The position numbers and the translations under genes were made by a program. Below the pieces are notes generated by a model. That model was given only the letters and a program-made list of their open reading frames with translations, did not search any database and had not been told where the DNA came from. Shown one piece after another: positions 18,427-28,290 of a DNA stretch of 64,000 nucleotides. Source of the DNA: an uncultured Gammaproteobacteria bacterium. Its GTDB lineage: Bacteria > Patescibacteriota > Microgenomatia > JAMCZE01. Location: NCBI GenBank assembly GCA_964641255.1, contig CAZXMM010000001.1, forward strand, positions 745,890 through 809,889, given 5' to 3'. How positions within the stretch are numbered: the first letter of the stretch is position 1; each line of letters opens with the position of its first letter.

Positions 18427-18621
18427 ATGCCAAAAATGAAAACCACCAAGTCGGCAGCTGACCGCTTTAAAGTGACCGCGAGTGGTAAAATCTTGCGCGC
18501 TAAAATAGGGCATCGCCATAAGGCGATGGGTAAAAGTAAACGCAACGAGCGCAGGGGTAATATTCCCGTGGAAGTTTTAGGAGTAATGAAAAAGAAAGTT
18601 AGGACCTTACTTAGGGTTTAA
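18427..18621 (+). CDS. rpmI: 50S ribosomal protein L35
   Basis: MPKMKT.KSAA.RFKVTASGK. Confidence 0.95.
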   Translation: MPKMKTTKSAADRFKVTASGKILRAKIGHRHKAMGKSKRNERRGNIPVEVLGVMKKKVRTLLRV

Positions 18622-18626
18622 AAAAT

Positions 18627-18971
18627 ATGGCCCGCGTTAAAAGAGGAATCACCACTCACGCTAAACACAAAAAACTTCTTGGCCAAGCCAAAGGCTTTAT
18701 GATGACTAGACACCGTCTAGTCAGAAAAGCCAAAGAAGCCGTTCTCCACGCGGGTCAGTACGCCTACACTGGACGAAAAAACAAAAAGCGGGTGATGCGT
18801 AGGGATTGGATTCTCCATATTAACGAAGCCGTCAAACAGCACGGGCTAACTTACAGCACTTTTATGAATAGACTTAAGGTCGCCAGGATTGCCCTTGACC
18901 GCAAAATACTAGCACAGCTGGCAACCGAGCAACCCGAGGCCTTCAAAGAAATTGTTAAAAAATTAAGTTAG
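18627..18971 (+). CDS. rplT: 50S ribosomal protein L20
   Basis: MARVKRG...YAYTGRK.KKR..R..WI..IN...LDRKILA. Confidence 0.97.
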   Translation: MARVKRGITTHAKHKKLLGQAKGFMMTRHRLVRKAKEAVLHAGQYAYTGRKNKKRVMRRDWILHINEAVKQHGLTYSTFMNRLKVARIALDRKILAQLATEQPEAFKEIVKKLS

Positions 18972-19043
18972 GGAAATTTAAGTCTTCATAATACTTCTGG
19001 CTCCTAGTTGTAGCGGCCGCCTAACTTGGATAGAATTAGGACT

Positions 19044-20090
19044 ATGGAAGAACAGCTCCACGAGCTTAGGGACAAAACCTTAGCAAACATTAAGGCAGCT
19101 AGCACCATGGACGACCTAGAAAAAATCAGAGTTGCTACGTTTGGGAAAAACTCTGGCGCGTTAACTGAGCTCTTAAAAAAACTTCCGGAATTGTCTGCTG
19201 TCGACAAAGGACCAGTGGGTAAAACCGCCAATGCGGTTAAACTCGCCATCGAGCAGGCGCTAGCCAGTCGACAAGAAGAATTAACTAATAGCCGGGACGC
19301 TAGTATTGCCGAGACCGAATGGATTGATGTGACCATTCCTGGCCAACTTACTCCTCACGGGCATCTTCATGCACAGACCCAAGTGCTTCATGAAGTCCTA
19401 GAAATCTTTCAAACCCTGGGCTACCAAGTAGCTGACGGCTTTGAAATCGAATCCGACTACTATAATTTCACCGCTCTTAATATGCCGCCCCACGCCCCAT
19501 CAAGAGATACCCAGTCGACTTTTTATCTTGACCCGAGGGGCAGTAAGGTTAAGGCGGGTGAGATCATAACTAGAACTCAGCTCTCGGGCATGCAAGTGCG
19601 AATCATGGAAAAGACGAAGCCGCCAATGCGTGTGGTCATTCCCGGCAAAGTCTACCGCGTGGACGACGTCGACGCCTCCCACGGTTTTGAATTTTGGCAG
19701 CTGGAAGGAATGCTGATTGATAAGAAAGTCAAATTCACCGACCTACTGGGGACGATGGAATACGTTCTTAAAAAGCTTTACAGTCAGGACCAAAAAATTC
19801 GCTTTGACTGTACTAACTTCGCGTTTGTCGAGCCCGGAGTTCAAGCATATATGTCCTGCACGATATGTAAACAGCGGGGTTGTCCTTTTTGTAAACACAC
19901 CGGCTGGGTAGAAATTATGCCGGCCGGAATGGTCCATCCCAGTGTAATCAGGGCCGGAGGGCTCGACCCTAAAGAGTGGAACGGTTTTGCTTTTTGCGTG
20001 GGCCTATCCAGAGCAGTAGTTTTAAAATACCAAATTGATGACTTGCGAGTGTTAACTAACCCTGATTTAAGAATTTTGAGACAGTTTTAA
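19044..20090 (+). CDS. pheS: Phenylalanyl-tRNA synthetase alpha subunit
   Basis: NFTALN.P..A.SRDTQSTFY, PGKVYR, FVEPG, GMVHP, DLR motifs; track start 19026. Confidence 0.97.
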   Translation: MEEQLHELRDKTLANIKAASTMDDLEKIRVATFGKNSGALTELLKKLPELSAVDKGPVGKTANAVKLAIEQALASRQEELTNSRDASIAETEWIDVTIPGQLTPHGHLHAQTQVLHEVLEIFQTLGYQVADGFEIESDYYNFTALNMPPHAPSRDTQSTFYLDPRGSKVKAGEIITRTQLSGMQVRIMEKTKPPMRVVIPGKVYRVDDVDASHGFEFWQLEGMLIDKKVKFTDLLGTMEYVLKKLYSQDQKIRFDCTNFAFVEPGVQAYMSCTICKQRGCPFCKHTGWVEIMPAGMVHPSVIRAGGLDPKEWNGFAFCVGLSRAVVLKYQIDDLRVLTNPDLRILRQF

Positions 20091-20149
20091 TTAATTGAGT
20101 ATTAGATTTTTGTTATTTGTTTAGTCTTAGGTCTTAGATCTTAAAAACT

Positions 20150-22147
20150 ATGTTAATTCCACTTTCCTGGATCAGCGAATATACCAAAGTCACCATGCCG
20201 TTTCCCAAACTGGCTACTCTCATGTCTGAGGTCGGACTCACCATTGAGAAGTGGGAGGAAAAGGACGAGGACATTGTTTTTGATACCGAAGTCACTCCTA
20301 ACCGCAGTGATTGGCTTAGTGTCATTGGCACTGCCAGAGAAATCGCTGCCGCGACCAATGAAGCATTTGACTATAAGGAGGTCGTGGTGCCTCTTAAAGG
20401 AAAACCAACCACCCTACCCATTACGGTACGAAATAATTTCCAGGTCTGTCCCAGAATCTGTACGATCTCAATTTCTGGGGTGGAGGTAAAAGCTTCCCCT
20501 GACTGGCTGAAAAAGCGGATCAAACAAATCGGCCTTCGCCCAATTAACAATCTCGTGGATATCACCAATTATGTGCTGTGGGAACTGGGCACACCGATTC
20601 ATACTTTTGACTACGACAAGATTGTAGGAGCGGAAATGACGGTAACTCTGACAAGGGGGGGAGAAAAGTTTAGGAGCCTGGATGGCCTGGATTACACCCT
20701 GCCACCGGATGCCATTATTATTTCCGATGCCAAGCGGATTATTGACCTGGTGCCTCTTAAAGGCGGGGAGAATACATCAATTACTAGTGAAACGAAAAAT
20801 GTCCTGATGCACACGATTGTAGTGGATCCGGTAATCACTAGGAAAACCTCGCAAGCTTTGGGACTAAGAAGTGACGCCTCAGCTCTCTCGGAACGGGGAG
20901 TAGATCCCAACAGTCTACCTAAAGGACTCCACCGCGCCCTCTCCCTTATCTTAGAACTCGCCGGCGGGGAAGTCGCCTCCGAGATGATTGATACCAAGGA
21001 TCAAGAGTTTGAGCCGATGGAGAGACGGCTTAGTCACGATCAGCTAGAAAAAGTTATTGGCGTGGGATTTGAGGAAAAAACCGTCCTCTCTATTTTTAAA
21101 CGGCTGGAACTTCCCACTAGGGTTAAAAATGGCGTCTACACTGTCAGTGTGCCCACCTTTCGACCCGATCTGCAAATTGAAGAGGATTTAATCGAAGAAG
21201 TAGCCAGAATCTATAACTACAACAATTTGCCTAAAACTCTTCCCGTCGGGGGCGTACCCACGAGTAAAGTAGCCTATGCTAGAGACTTTGACCGGGAATA
21301 TGCTACCAAACAACTGCTGACTGCCCTTGGCTACAGTGAAACTTTTACCTATTCTCTGATTGATGACACCAAGCTTGAGGCCTTAGGAATCGATCCTACT
21401 AAGACACTGCGTATTACCAATCCTATTTCCCGCGACTATGAATATCTGCGTCCCAACCTGTTGGGAAATTTACTCGATTCGATCAGAGCTAACGTAGCTA
21501 ATTTTGCCGAGGTAAAGCTTTTTGAACTCGGGAAACGCTACCTCGGAGAAACCCTGGATAGTGTTACTGAAGAGTACTGGCTTTGGGCCGGTGTAACAGG
21601 TAGTGACTTTTCTAAAGCCAAAGGGGAGGCTGAGCGGGTCCTCCAATCACTGGGAGTGAGCTATAAAATTCGCCCAGCTAGACCCAGTGATAATCACTAC
21701 TGGTTCCATCCCGGAAGAACCGCTCATATCGAAAGCCAGGAGGGTCACTATCTAGGAGTAATTGGCGAAGTCGCGCCAACACTGTTAGCTGAGTGGAAAA
21801 TTAACGGCCGAGTAGTTGGGTGGGGCATTAACTATGATCTTGCCACTAAACTGGGTCGGAAAGAGCGAGTCTATCAACCGGTCCCCAGATATCCGGCAAT
21901 TACTAATGATATTTCCTTTGTTACTAAGCCCCACACCTTAGTGGGTGAGATTATTGACCTTATTAAGCAGTCAAGTCCTCTCGTTAGTTCTGCCGAGCTC
22001 ATTGATACCCACGAAAATACTAAGACGCTAAGAATCACCTATCAAGATAAAACGAAAAATTTGGCGGAAAAAGACGTGGCGGTAGTAAGAACCAAAATAA
22101 TTGCCAACCTTACTAAGGAATTAGCCATTACCCCTAAAGATGTCTAG
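20150..22147 (+). CDS. pheT: Phenylalanyl-tRNA synthetase beta subunit (lacks B2 OB domain)
   Basis: TPNRSD, NNLVDITNY, RPDL..EEDLIEEVAR; 665 aa. Confidence 0.96.
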   Translation: MLIPLSWISEYTKVTMPFPKLATLMSEVGLTIEKWEEKDEDIVFDTEVTPNRSDWLSVIGTAREIAAATNEAFDYKEVVVPLKGKPTTLPITVRNNFQVCPRICTISISGVEVKASPDWLKKRIKQIGLRPINNLVDITNYVLWELGTPIHTFDYDKIVGAEMTVTLTRGGEKFRSLDGLDYTLPPDAIIISDAKRIIDLVPLKGGENTSITSETKNVLMHTIVVDPVITRKTSQALGLRSDASALSERGVDPNSLPKGLHRALSLILELAGGEVASEMIDTKDQEFEPMERRLSHDQLEKVIGVGFEEKTVLSIFKRLELPTRVKNGVYTVSVPTFRPDLQIEEDLIEEVARIYNYNNLPKTLPVGGVPTSKVAYARDFDREYATKQLLTALGYSETFTYSLIDDTKLEALGIDPTKTLRITNPISRDYEYLRPNLLGNLLDSIRANVANFAEVKLFELGKRYLGETLDSVTEEYWLWAGVTGSDFSKAKGEAERVLQSLGVSYKIRPARPSDNHYWFHPGRTAHIESQEGHYLGVIGEVAPTLLAEWKINGRVVGWGINYDLATKLGRKERVYQPVPRYPAITNDISFVTKPHTLVGEIIDLIKQSSPLVSSAELIDTHENTKTLRITYQDKTKNLAEKDVAVVRTKIIANLTKELAITPKDV

Positions 22148-22349
22148 CCCTGATATTTTAAAACCTCAAATCCGCCACCCAAGAATAAAAAATGCAGTCG
22201 AGTTTCTTTCCCGCAACCGCATGTTTTTATTAACGGTTACCGGCGCGGCGGCGGCCGGTCTGCTTTTACCCTGGGGAGTCCTAGGTTATTTGGTCGGCGC
22301 GGCGGGGGGCGCGGCTATAGGAGCTATGTCTTACACTCGTCCTACCTAA
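22140..22349 (+). CDS. Small membrane protein (glycine-zipper-like)
   Basis: 69 aa with GAAAAG/GAAGGAAIG TM segments; overlaps pheT stop. Confidence 0.45.
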   Translation: MSSPDILKPQIRHPRIKNAVEFLSRNRMFLLTVTGAAAAGLLLPWGVLGYLVGAAGGAAIGAMSYTRPT

Positions 22350-24892
22350 TCTTTCCAATCTTCGTTAATTCCAAATCTAGCTTCCGCCGTGCCTTCGTTG
22401 CCGCCTGCATCAATTGCCTTTACTTTAATAGTGTGGTTACCGTTAGTCAGACCGGTAATCTTTTCTTCAATATTATCTGATGCTTTGTTGTATTTTTCCT
22501 CCCCGTCCAGTTCCACCACAATCTTGACAATTTCCCGGGCGGCAAAGGCTTTGGCTTTTACAGTAACCTCACTTGAGTTGACCCGACTGTGATCGCTCGG
22601 GGCCTCAATTTGCACTTTGACTGAGTTTTGATTGGCGTCAGATTTTTCCGTAGGCGGGTGGTACTTACCGTCGTCTTTTTTATTATCTTCTATCCACTTA
22701 TTGATCGCTTCTTGCCAACGGTTTTTACCGTCGGTACTGATCGGGTCAGACTCGGTAAGAACAATAAATTCTTTGTCTTCAAAGTCGCCAGATTTTATTT
22801 CTACTTCATTAGCCAGTTTTCCGTTACTTTTTGACACTTTAATCTTTTTATACATGGGAGACACCGCGGTTGGCTCGGTTCCTTTAATAAAATACTCTGT
22901 TCTTGTGGGATCGCTACCATGGGGCAGTCCGCCCAGGAGGGAGTCCACACTAACAGGAAGTACACTTTCGGGTTTCTTAAACTCCTCAGCACTTTTTCCT
23001 TTCAGAGCGAGCTTAATGACCTTGTTCCAAATTGGAGCCGCTCCCGTGACTCCAGAGCTGAGAGCCGGCGCCATCACAGTGTTATCGTTGTTGCCTACCC
23101 AAGTGCCCACTACTACTGAGGGCGTATAGCCAATAGTCCAGTTGTCTCTTTTTTGATCAGTAGTACCGGTTTTTACTGCAACCGTATGGCCCGGAATTTG
23201 CAGCATATTAACTTCACCAAACACGTCTTTTCGAGCATTATTGTCGGAAAGAATGTGAGAAATAATAAAGCTGACTTCAGGAGAGAGCACCCGCTTACCC
23301 TCACTGGGGCGCCACTCATAAAGTACCCGGTCTTTTGAGTCGGTCACTTTCAAAATCGCCACTGGATCAGTATGCACTCCGCTATTAGCAAACGCCCCGT
23401 AAGCGCTGGTCAACTCAAGGAGCTTAACCTCGCGCCCGCCTAAGGCGAGCGACAGCCCAACGTCACGGACATTCTCTTCAGTCGGTTTCCAGCTGGAAAT
23501 CCCCGCGTCATAACCAAGGGCCATGATGTCTCTAAGCCCCACCAATGCAGTAAGTTTTACGGCCACAGTATTAGTTGAGTTGCCCAAACTAAAGCGCAAC
23601 TGTTGCGGACCCCGATATTTTAGATCGTAATTGGCAGGAGAATACATTTTGTCCTTGTTGCTGGGATCATTAAGGGGATAGTCTGTTTTAGCATCGACCA
23701 ACATTGAGCCGGCAGTATAGCCTTTACTAAGGGCCTGGGCAAAGATAAAGGGTTTGCCCGAGGAGCCGGGTTGCCTCAGGGCGGTCGTTACATTAAAACT
23801 GCCAAACTCTTTATCGAAGTAGTCGTAGGAGCCAGTCATCCCTAAAATTTCTCCGGTTTTAGGGTTGAGAACTATCACGGCTCCGTTACTGGCTTTGAGA
23901 TTTTTAATTTTCTCAACTTCTGCTTTGACAATTTTTTCCACTTCCTCCTCGAGCTGCCAGTCTAGAGTGGTGGTCACCCGCAGCCCCCCAGACTCAACCA
24001 TTTCTTCTCCAAAGCGCTCCACGAGTTCATCCTTAACATAAAAGACAAAATGGGGAGCTTTAATACCGGTATCGTCGCTAGAAAACTTTAGGCTGGGCAG
24101 CTGTTTGACGCTATCAGTCTCCTGCTGGGCGGTAATGTAACCATCTTCTCGCATCCGCCGTAGCACTGCTTTAGTTCGCTCAATATAAGCGGTGGGGTGG
24201 GCTCCGTAGGGAGAGTAAGTAGTCGGGGATTGGGTTAGACCAGCAATCACGGCCGATTCCACCAAGTTTAGATCCTTTGCTGATTTATCAAAATAGGTCC
24301 GTGCGGCCGACTCGACACCGTAGGTAGCCCCGCCGTAAGGAGCTTCGTTTAAATACAGTTGCAGAATTTCCTCCTTCGTGTATTTTTTTTCAATTTGGTT
24401 AGCGAGAATCACCTCGCGAATTTTCCGAAATACGCTCTGCTCTGGAGAGAGGAGCACGTTTTTTACCACCTGTTGAGTGATTGTGGAACCACCGCCACTG
24501 ATTCCCTGAAGAGTCAGAATACTAATAGCTGACCGGACAATACCCGAGAAGCTCAGGCCCTGATGCGAGTAAAACTCGCGGTCTTCAATGGCTACCGTCG
24601 CTTCTTGTAAGTACTTGGGGATGTCTTTAAGTTTTAAGGGAATGCGGTTTTCTTTGTTAAACACGTCATAAAGCACCTTTCCACTACGGTCATAAATGAC
24701 TGTGGAGTAACCCTGACGACGCACTAATTTATCTGAATCGGGCAAATCAATGGAAAAGACAGCAAAGACCAGGGTAGTTAGAAGAAACATCCCCACAATG
24801 CCTACAAAGAGACAGATTGCACCCAAACGCAGCAGTTGCATTCGGCCCTCGGGGGTGTGAAACATGCGGCGGTATTTACGAAGAGATATCAT
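22346..24892 (-). CDS. Class A penicillin-binding protein (PBP1A family) with C-terminal Ig-like domain
   Basis: EDREFY.H.G and GGSTITQQ transglycosylase motifs; SSGK, STN and KTGT transpeptidase motifs. Confidence 0.95.
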   Translation of the reverse strand: MISLRKYRRMFHTPEGRMQLLRLGAICLFVGIVGMFLLTTLVFAVFSIDLPDSDKLVRRQGYSTVIYDRSGKVLYDVFNKENRIPLKLKDIPKYLQEATVAIEDREFYSHQGLSFSGIVRSAISILTLQGISGGGSTITQQVVKNVLLSPEQSVFRKIREVILANQIEKKYTKEEILQLYLNEAPYGGATYGVESAARTYFDKSAKDLNLVESAVIAGLTQSPTTYSPYGAHPTAYIERTKAVLRRMREDGYITAQQETDSVKQLPSLKFSSDDTGIKAPHFVFYVKDELVERFGEEMVESGGLRVTTTLDWQLEEEVEKIVKAEVEKIKNLKASNGAVIVLNPKTGEILGMTGSYDYFDKEFGSFNVTTALRQPGSSGKPFIFAQALSKGYTAGSMLVDAKTDYPLNDPSNKDKMYSPANYDLKYRGPQQLRFSLGNSTNTVAVKLTALVGLRDIMALGYDAGISSWKPTEENVRDVGLSLALGGREVKLLELTSAYGAFANSGVHTDPVAILKVTDSKDRVLYEWRPSEGKRVLSPEVSFIISHILSDNNARKDVFGEVNMLQIPGHTVAVKTGTTDQKRDNWTIGYTPSVVVGTWVGNNDNTVMAPALSSGVTGAAPIWNKVIKLALKGKSAEEFKKPESVLPVSVDSLLGGLPHGSDPTRTEYFIKGTEPTAVSPMYKKIKVSKSNGKLANEVEIKSGDFEDKEFIVLTESDPISTDGKNRWQEAINKWIEDNKKDDGKYHPPTEKSDANQNSVKVQIEAPSDHSRVNSSEVTVKAKAFAAREIVKIVVELDGEEKYNKASDNIEEKITGLTNGNHTIKVKAIDAGGNEGTAEARFGINEDWKD

Positions 24893-24960
24893 AGCTACAG
24901 CTTGGATCAGTTTAGCACAGCTGGTCTAGAATTTCTTTCTAGATTAGGTACAATAGGCCT

Positions 24961-26148
24961 ATGGACAAAATTGATGAACTACTAACAAGAGGGGTAGAAA
25001 ATATCATTTCAAACAAAGAGGAGTTGGCAAAACTACTTACCTCAGGCAAAAAATTAAATGTCTACTTTGGGATTGATCCCACAGCTACCCATATTCACAT
25101 TGGAAATGCTGTTGGGCTGAGAAAACTTCAGTCTTTTGTAGAGCTAGGTCATAACGTTACGTTTCTTATTGGCAGCTTCACAGCACTCATTGGAGATACG
25201 TCAGACAAGAGTTCCGAGCGACCTGTTTTAACTCAGGAACAAATTGAAGAAAACTTCAAAGACTATAAATCACAGGCTGAAAAAGTCTTAGATTTTTCGA
25301 AAGTGACAGTCGTTCACAATGGAGACTGGCTCAAGGACTTAAATTTCAAAGATATCATTAGCCTTTGCCAACACTTTGCCCTTGGGGATTTCATCAGTAG
25401 GGAGCTTATTCGTGAGCGCCTGGCCTCAGGAACGAGAGTCAGACTTGACGAAATGTTGTATCCCGTCATGCAAGGCTATGATTGCTACCATTTAGATGCG
25501 GACATCCAAATCGGCGGACCCGATCAGACATTTAATATGCAAGCTGGAAGAACATTGCAAAAAGACCTACGCGGGAAGGATACCTTTGTAATGGCAAATG
25601 GCTACTTGGAGGGAACTGACGGACGGAAAATGAGTAAGACTTGGAATAATGCCATATGGCTTGACGATTCACCCGTAGAAATGTTTGGCAAGGTAATGTC
25701 TGCAAAAGACGAGCTTATTATTTCCTACTTTAAACTCGCGACTAATTTGCCCCTCACGCAAATTGCCCAAATAGAAGAAGAGTTAGCGATGGACAAAAAT
25801 CCCATGCTCATTAAAAAGACCCTGGCTAGGCAAATTGTGAGAGAGCTACACAGTGAAGAAGCGGCAGATGAAGCCCAAAGGCAGTTTGAACTCACTTTTC
25901 AGCAAGTTGATTTGACTGCCGCTAAGATTCCCACTTTTGCGGTTAGTGATCTTTCTCGCAGCTTATTACCAACCGTGGACTTACTGATGGAAACACAGTC
26001 GGCCGAAAGTAAGACAGACGCTAAACGTCTTATTGAACAGGGGGCTGTTGAACTGAATGATCAGAAGGTAGAGAAGGGGAGTAGGGTAGAGGTTAAGGTC
26101 GGGGATGTGTTGAAAATTGGCAAGAAAAGGTTTCTTAAATTTGTCTAA
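24961..26148 (+). CDS. tyrS: Tyrosyl-tRNA synthetase
   Basis: GIDPT...HIGN, YPVMQGYD, KMSKT; C-terminal S4 domain. Confidence 0.97.
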   Translation: MDKIDELLTRGVENIISNKEELAKLLTSGKKLNVYFGIDPTATHIHIGNAVGLRKLQSFVELGHNVTFLIGSFTALIGDTSDKSSERPVLTQEQIEENFKDYKSQAEKVLDFSKVTVVHNGDWLKDLNFKDIISLCQHFALGDFISRELIRERLASGTRVRLDEMLYPVMQGYDCYHLDADIQIGGPDQTFNMQAGRTLQKDLRGKDTFVMANGYLEGTDGRKMSKTWNNAIWLDDSPVEMFGKVMSAKDELIISYFKLATNLPLTQIAQIEEELAMDKNPMLIKKTLARQIVRELHSEEAADEAQRQFELTFQQVDLTAAKIPTFAVSDLSRSLLPTVDLLMETQSAESKTDAKRLIEQGAVELNDQKVEKGSRVEVKVGDVLKIGKKRFLKFV

Positions 26149-26160
26149 AATCACTAGCCA

Positions 26161-26265
26161 ATGGAACACCACCACAAACATCACGTACTTTTTAAAATTT
26201 TGATAGCGATTGCCTCAATTGCCCTGATCCTTTCCTCCTTTTTGCCATTTTTTGTTTACTCATGA
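26161..26265 (+). CDS. 34-aa His-rich single-TM peptide (not in ORF track)
   Basis: MEHHHKHHVLFKILIAIASIALILSSFLPFFVYS*; ATGA overlap with the next gene. Confidence 0.55.
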   Translation: MEHHHKHHVLFKILIAIASIALILSSFLPFFVYS

Positions 26266-27224
26266 ACGCCAAAAGAGTAGACATAATTATCGTCACCCAC
26301 AATAACTGGCAATATACCCGAGCGTTGTTAAACAGTCTACGACAATACACTGATACCCCCTACCGAGTCATCTGTATCGATAACGCTTCCTCCGACCAAA
26401 CGGGTGAAGAAGTAAAAAGGTACGGCGAGGTGCAATTTTTTCCCCAGGAAACCAATCTGGGCTACGCTAAAGCGGTCAACAAAGGAGTAGAACAAGTTGC
26501 TAGCGAAAATTTCATTCTTCTTAATAATGATACGGTGGTCTCACCCCACTGGCTTAGTGACTGGCTAAGGATCTTTAAGGCGAATCCTCAATATTGGCAG
26601 CTATCTACTAACTCAAATTGCATCATTGATGTAAAAGACGAATTCAGGGGAGTGAGCCATGATAAATGGCAAGAGTATAAAAAGCTCAACACGACAAAAT
26701 CTCCCGAGCAACTCATTAGCGGCTTTTACCCAAAGTACGCTGAATTTTGTCAGGAGCTGAAAAACAAATGGCAAGATACGATCGAAACAATCGAAGCACC
26801 CAAAGGTTTTCTTGGTGGCTGGGCACTTCTAATGAAAGCGGGGGTAATTCCAAAAATTGGTGGCTATCTCTATGACGAACGGTTTCCCTACGGATTTTAT
26901 GAAGACGTGGATTTGTCCTGGCGGATTGGACTGGCGGGAGGGAAAGTAGGGATTGCCAGAGGGGTGTATATCCACCATTTCATCAATACCACCTTTGATT
27001 CTGTGGGCCTAAAAAAGCAACTGTTAGCTAGGCATAACAAATGGCGCTTTATTGATAAGTGGGAAGAGTACCTCATTAAAGAGTATAGGGACCAGTCAGA
27101 GGGAGACATCGATAAACTTAAAGAGCTGCTGGAAACAGACCCGGGACAACAGTCAATTGTAGAGTATCTAGGGATGAAAAGGATTCTAGATATTGAAAGT
27201 TATGACAAAACTGAGTCCAACTAA
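26262..27224 (+). CDS. Glycosyltransferase family 2
   Basis: IIIVTHN, IDNASSD, NLGYAKAVNKG, LNNDT, YEDVDLS. Confidence 0.92.
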   Translation: MNAKRVDIIIVTHNNWQYTRALLNSLRQYTDTPYRVICIDNASSDQTGEEVKRYGEVQFFPQETNLGYAKAVNKGVEQVASENFILLNNDTVVSPHWLSDWLRIFKANPQYWQLSTNSNCIIDVKDEFRGVSHDKWQEYKKLNTTKSPEQLISGFYPKYAEFCQELKNKWQDTIETIEAPKGFLGGWALLMKAGVIPKIGGYLYDERFPYGFYEDVDLSWRIGLAGGKVGIARGVYIHHFINTTFDSVGLKKQLLARHNKWRFIDKWEEYLIKEYRDQSEGDIDKLKELLETDPGQQSIVEYLGMKRILDIESYDKTESN

Positions 27225-27241
27225 AATTAACAAAGCCCAAG

Positions 27242-27436
27242 TTGCTTTTTAGTAGCAGTAACGATGAGACCCCACCGGCAGAGGTTAGGGAAATATATGA
27301 CCAACCACCAGATCCCAAAATGCTTTATGAGCTAAAGTCGGACCATAACTACCGCTATTTCCCCCAAGTGGTCAGAGAGGTAAATATTGTCACGGGGAAA
27401 TTTTTAGATACCTATTTTAGTAGGACTACCCAATGA
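27242..27436 (+). pseudogene. C-terminal fragment of an alpha/beta-hydrolase-like gene
   Basis: PKLLFSSSNDE...EIY...PK.L..L.SDH..: acid and His elements with no nucleophile half; no good start codon. Confidence 0.4.
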
Positions 27437-28158
27437 CTACTCCGTACCAGCGGGCTACCGATCCACGACAATATGATAGAGACGATACCGGCTGGCAAGA
27501 ATCATTTAAGGGGCTGGATTCGCCTACCCGGGCTCACTTTTGGGACTTTATAAAACCGACAGACTCACAATGGAAAGGAAAGAGGTTACTTGATATTGGA
27601 GCGGGGACAGGGTGGCTTTTGGTTGAAGCTTTAAGAGAAGGCGCTTCAGCAGCCATTGGAATTGATCCTTCAGAAAAGAATGTTTTAGCTGCGAAAGAAC
27701 TCTACCCCAACGTTGAAGTAATTAAAACGACATTGGAGGAGTATCGATCGAATGTGCCCTTTGACATAATAACTGCGGTTTTTTGTCTTTCTCACATAGC
27801 TGATATCGATTACGGGTTTAAAAAGATTGCTGAGCTAATGCGTCGGGGTGGAGAATTTTTAGCGATAGTTCCAGATCCCGACTATAACCGAAGGGCGAGA
27901 AATGAGTACGAAATTGAGTATCAAGAACTTAACGACCAAGAATATGTTTCTAAGGTAAAAAGGGCGCACGGTACGATAGCCGATATTATTAGAACTATAA
28001 AACGGTACAAAACCGCAGGAAGCAAAGCAGGATTAAAACTGATAAAAGACACTCCCATGAGACCGACTGAAACACTGATGCAAAAAGAGCCAAAGTACCG
28101 TTTAGTAAAAGATATGGCCATGACCCACCTGTTGGAATTTAGAAACCCGCACCAATAG
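27433..28158 (+). CDS. Class I SAM-dependent methyltransferase
   Basis: LLDIGAGTG motif I, GIDPS, FDII. Confidence 0.88.
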   Translation: MTTPYQRATDPRQYDRDDTGWQESFKGLDSPTRAHFWDFIKPTDSQWKGKRLLDIGAGTGWLLVEALREGASAAIGIDPSEKNVLAAKELYPNVEVIKTTLEEYRSNVPFDIITAVFCLSHIADIDYGFKKIAELMRRGGEFLAIVPDPDYNRRARNEYEIEYQELNDQEYVSKVKRAHGTIADIIRTIKRYKTAGSKAGLKLIKDTPMRPTETLMQKEPKYRLVKDMAMTHLLEFRNPHQ

Positions 28159-28260
28159 TCAGCTCGGGGCGCCTAACGACTTTTCGCACTGATCCTTAGA
28201 TGCAAGATAGCCAGCAAGGGAGAGTCCCGCCACCCCTGCTCCTACAATTAAAACCTTCAT
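28159..28260 (-). pseudogene. N-terminal remnant of an FAD-dependent oxidoreductase
   Basis: MKVLIVGAGVAGLSLAGYLASKDQCEKSLGAPS*: intact GxGxxG beta-alpha unit truncated after ~22 aa. Confidence 0.7.
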
Positions 28261-28290
28261 CGTAACTAGTATATGCAATATAATGCCATA

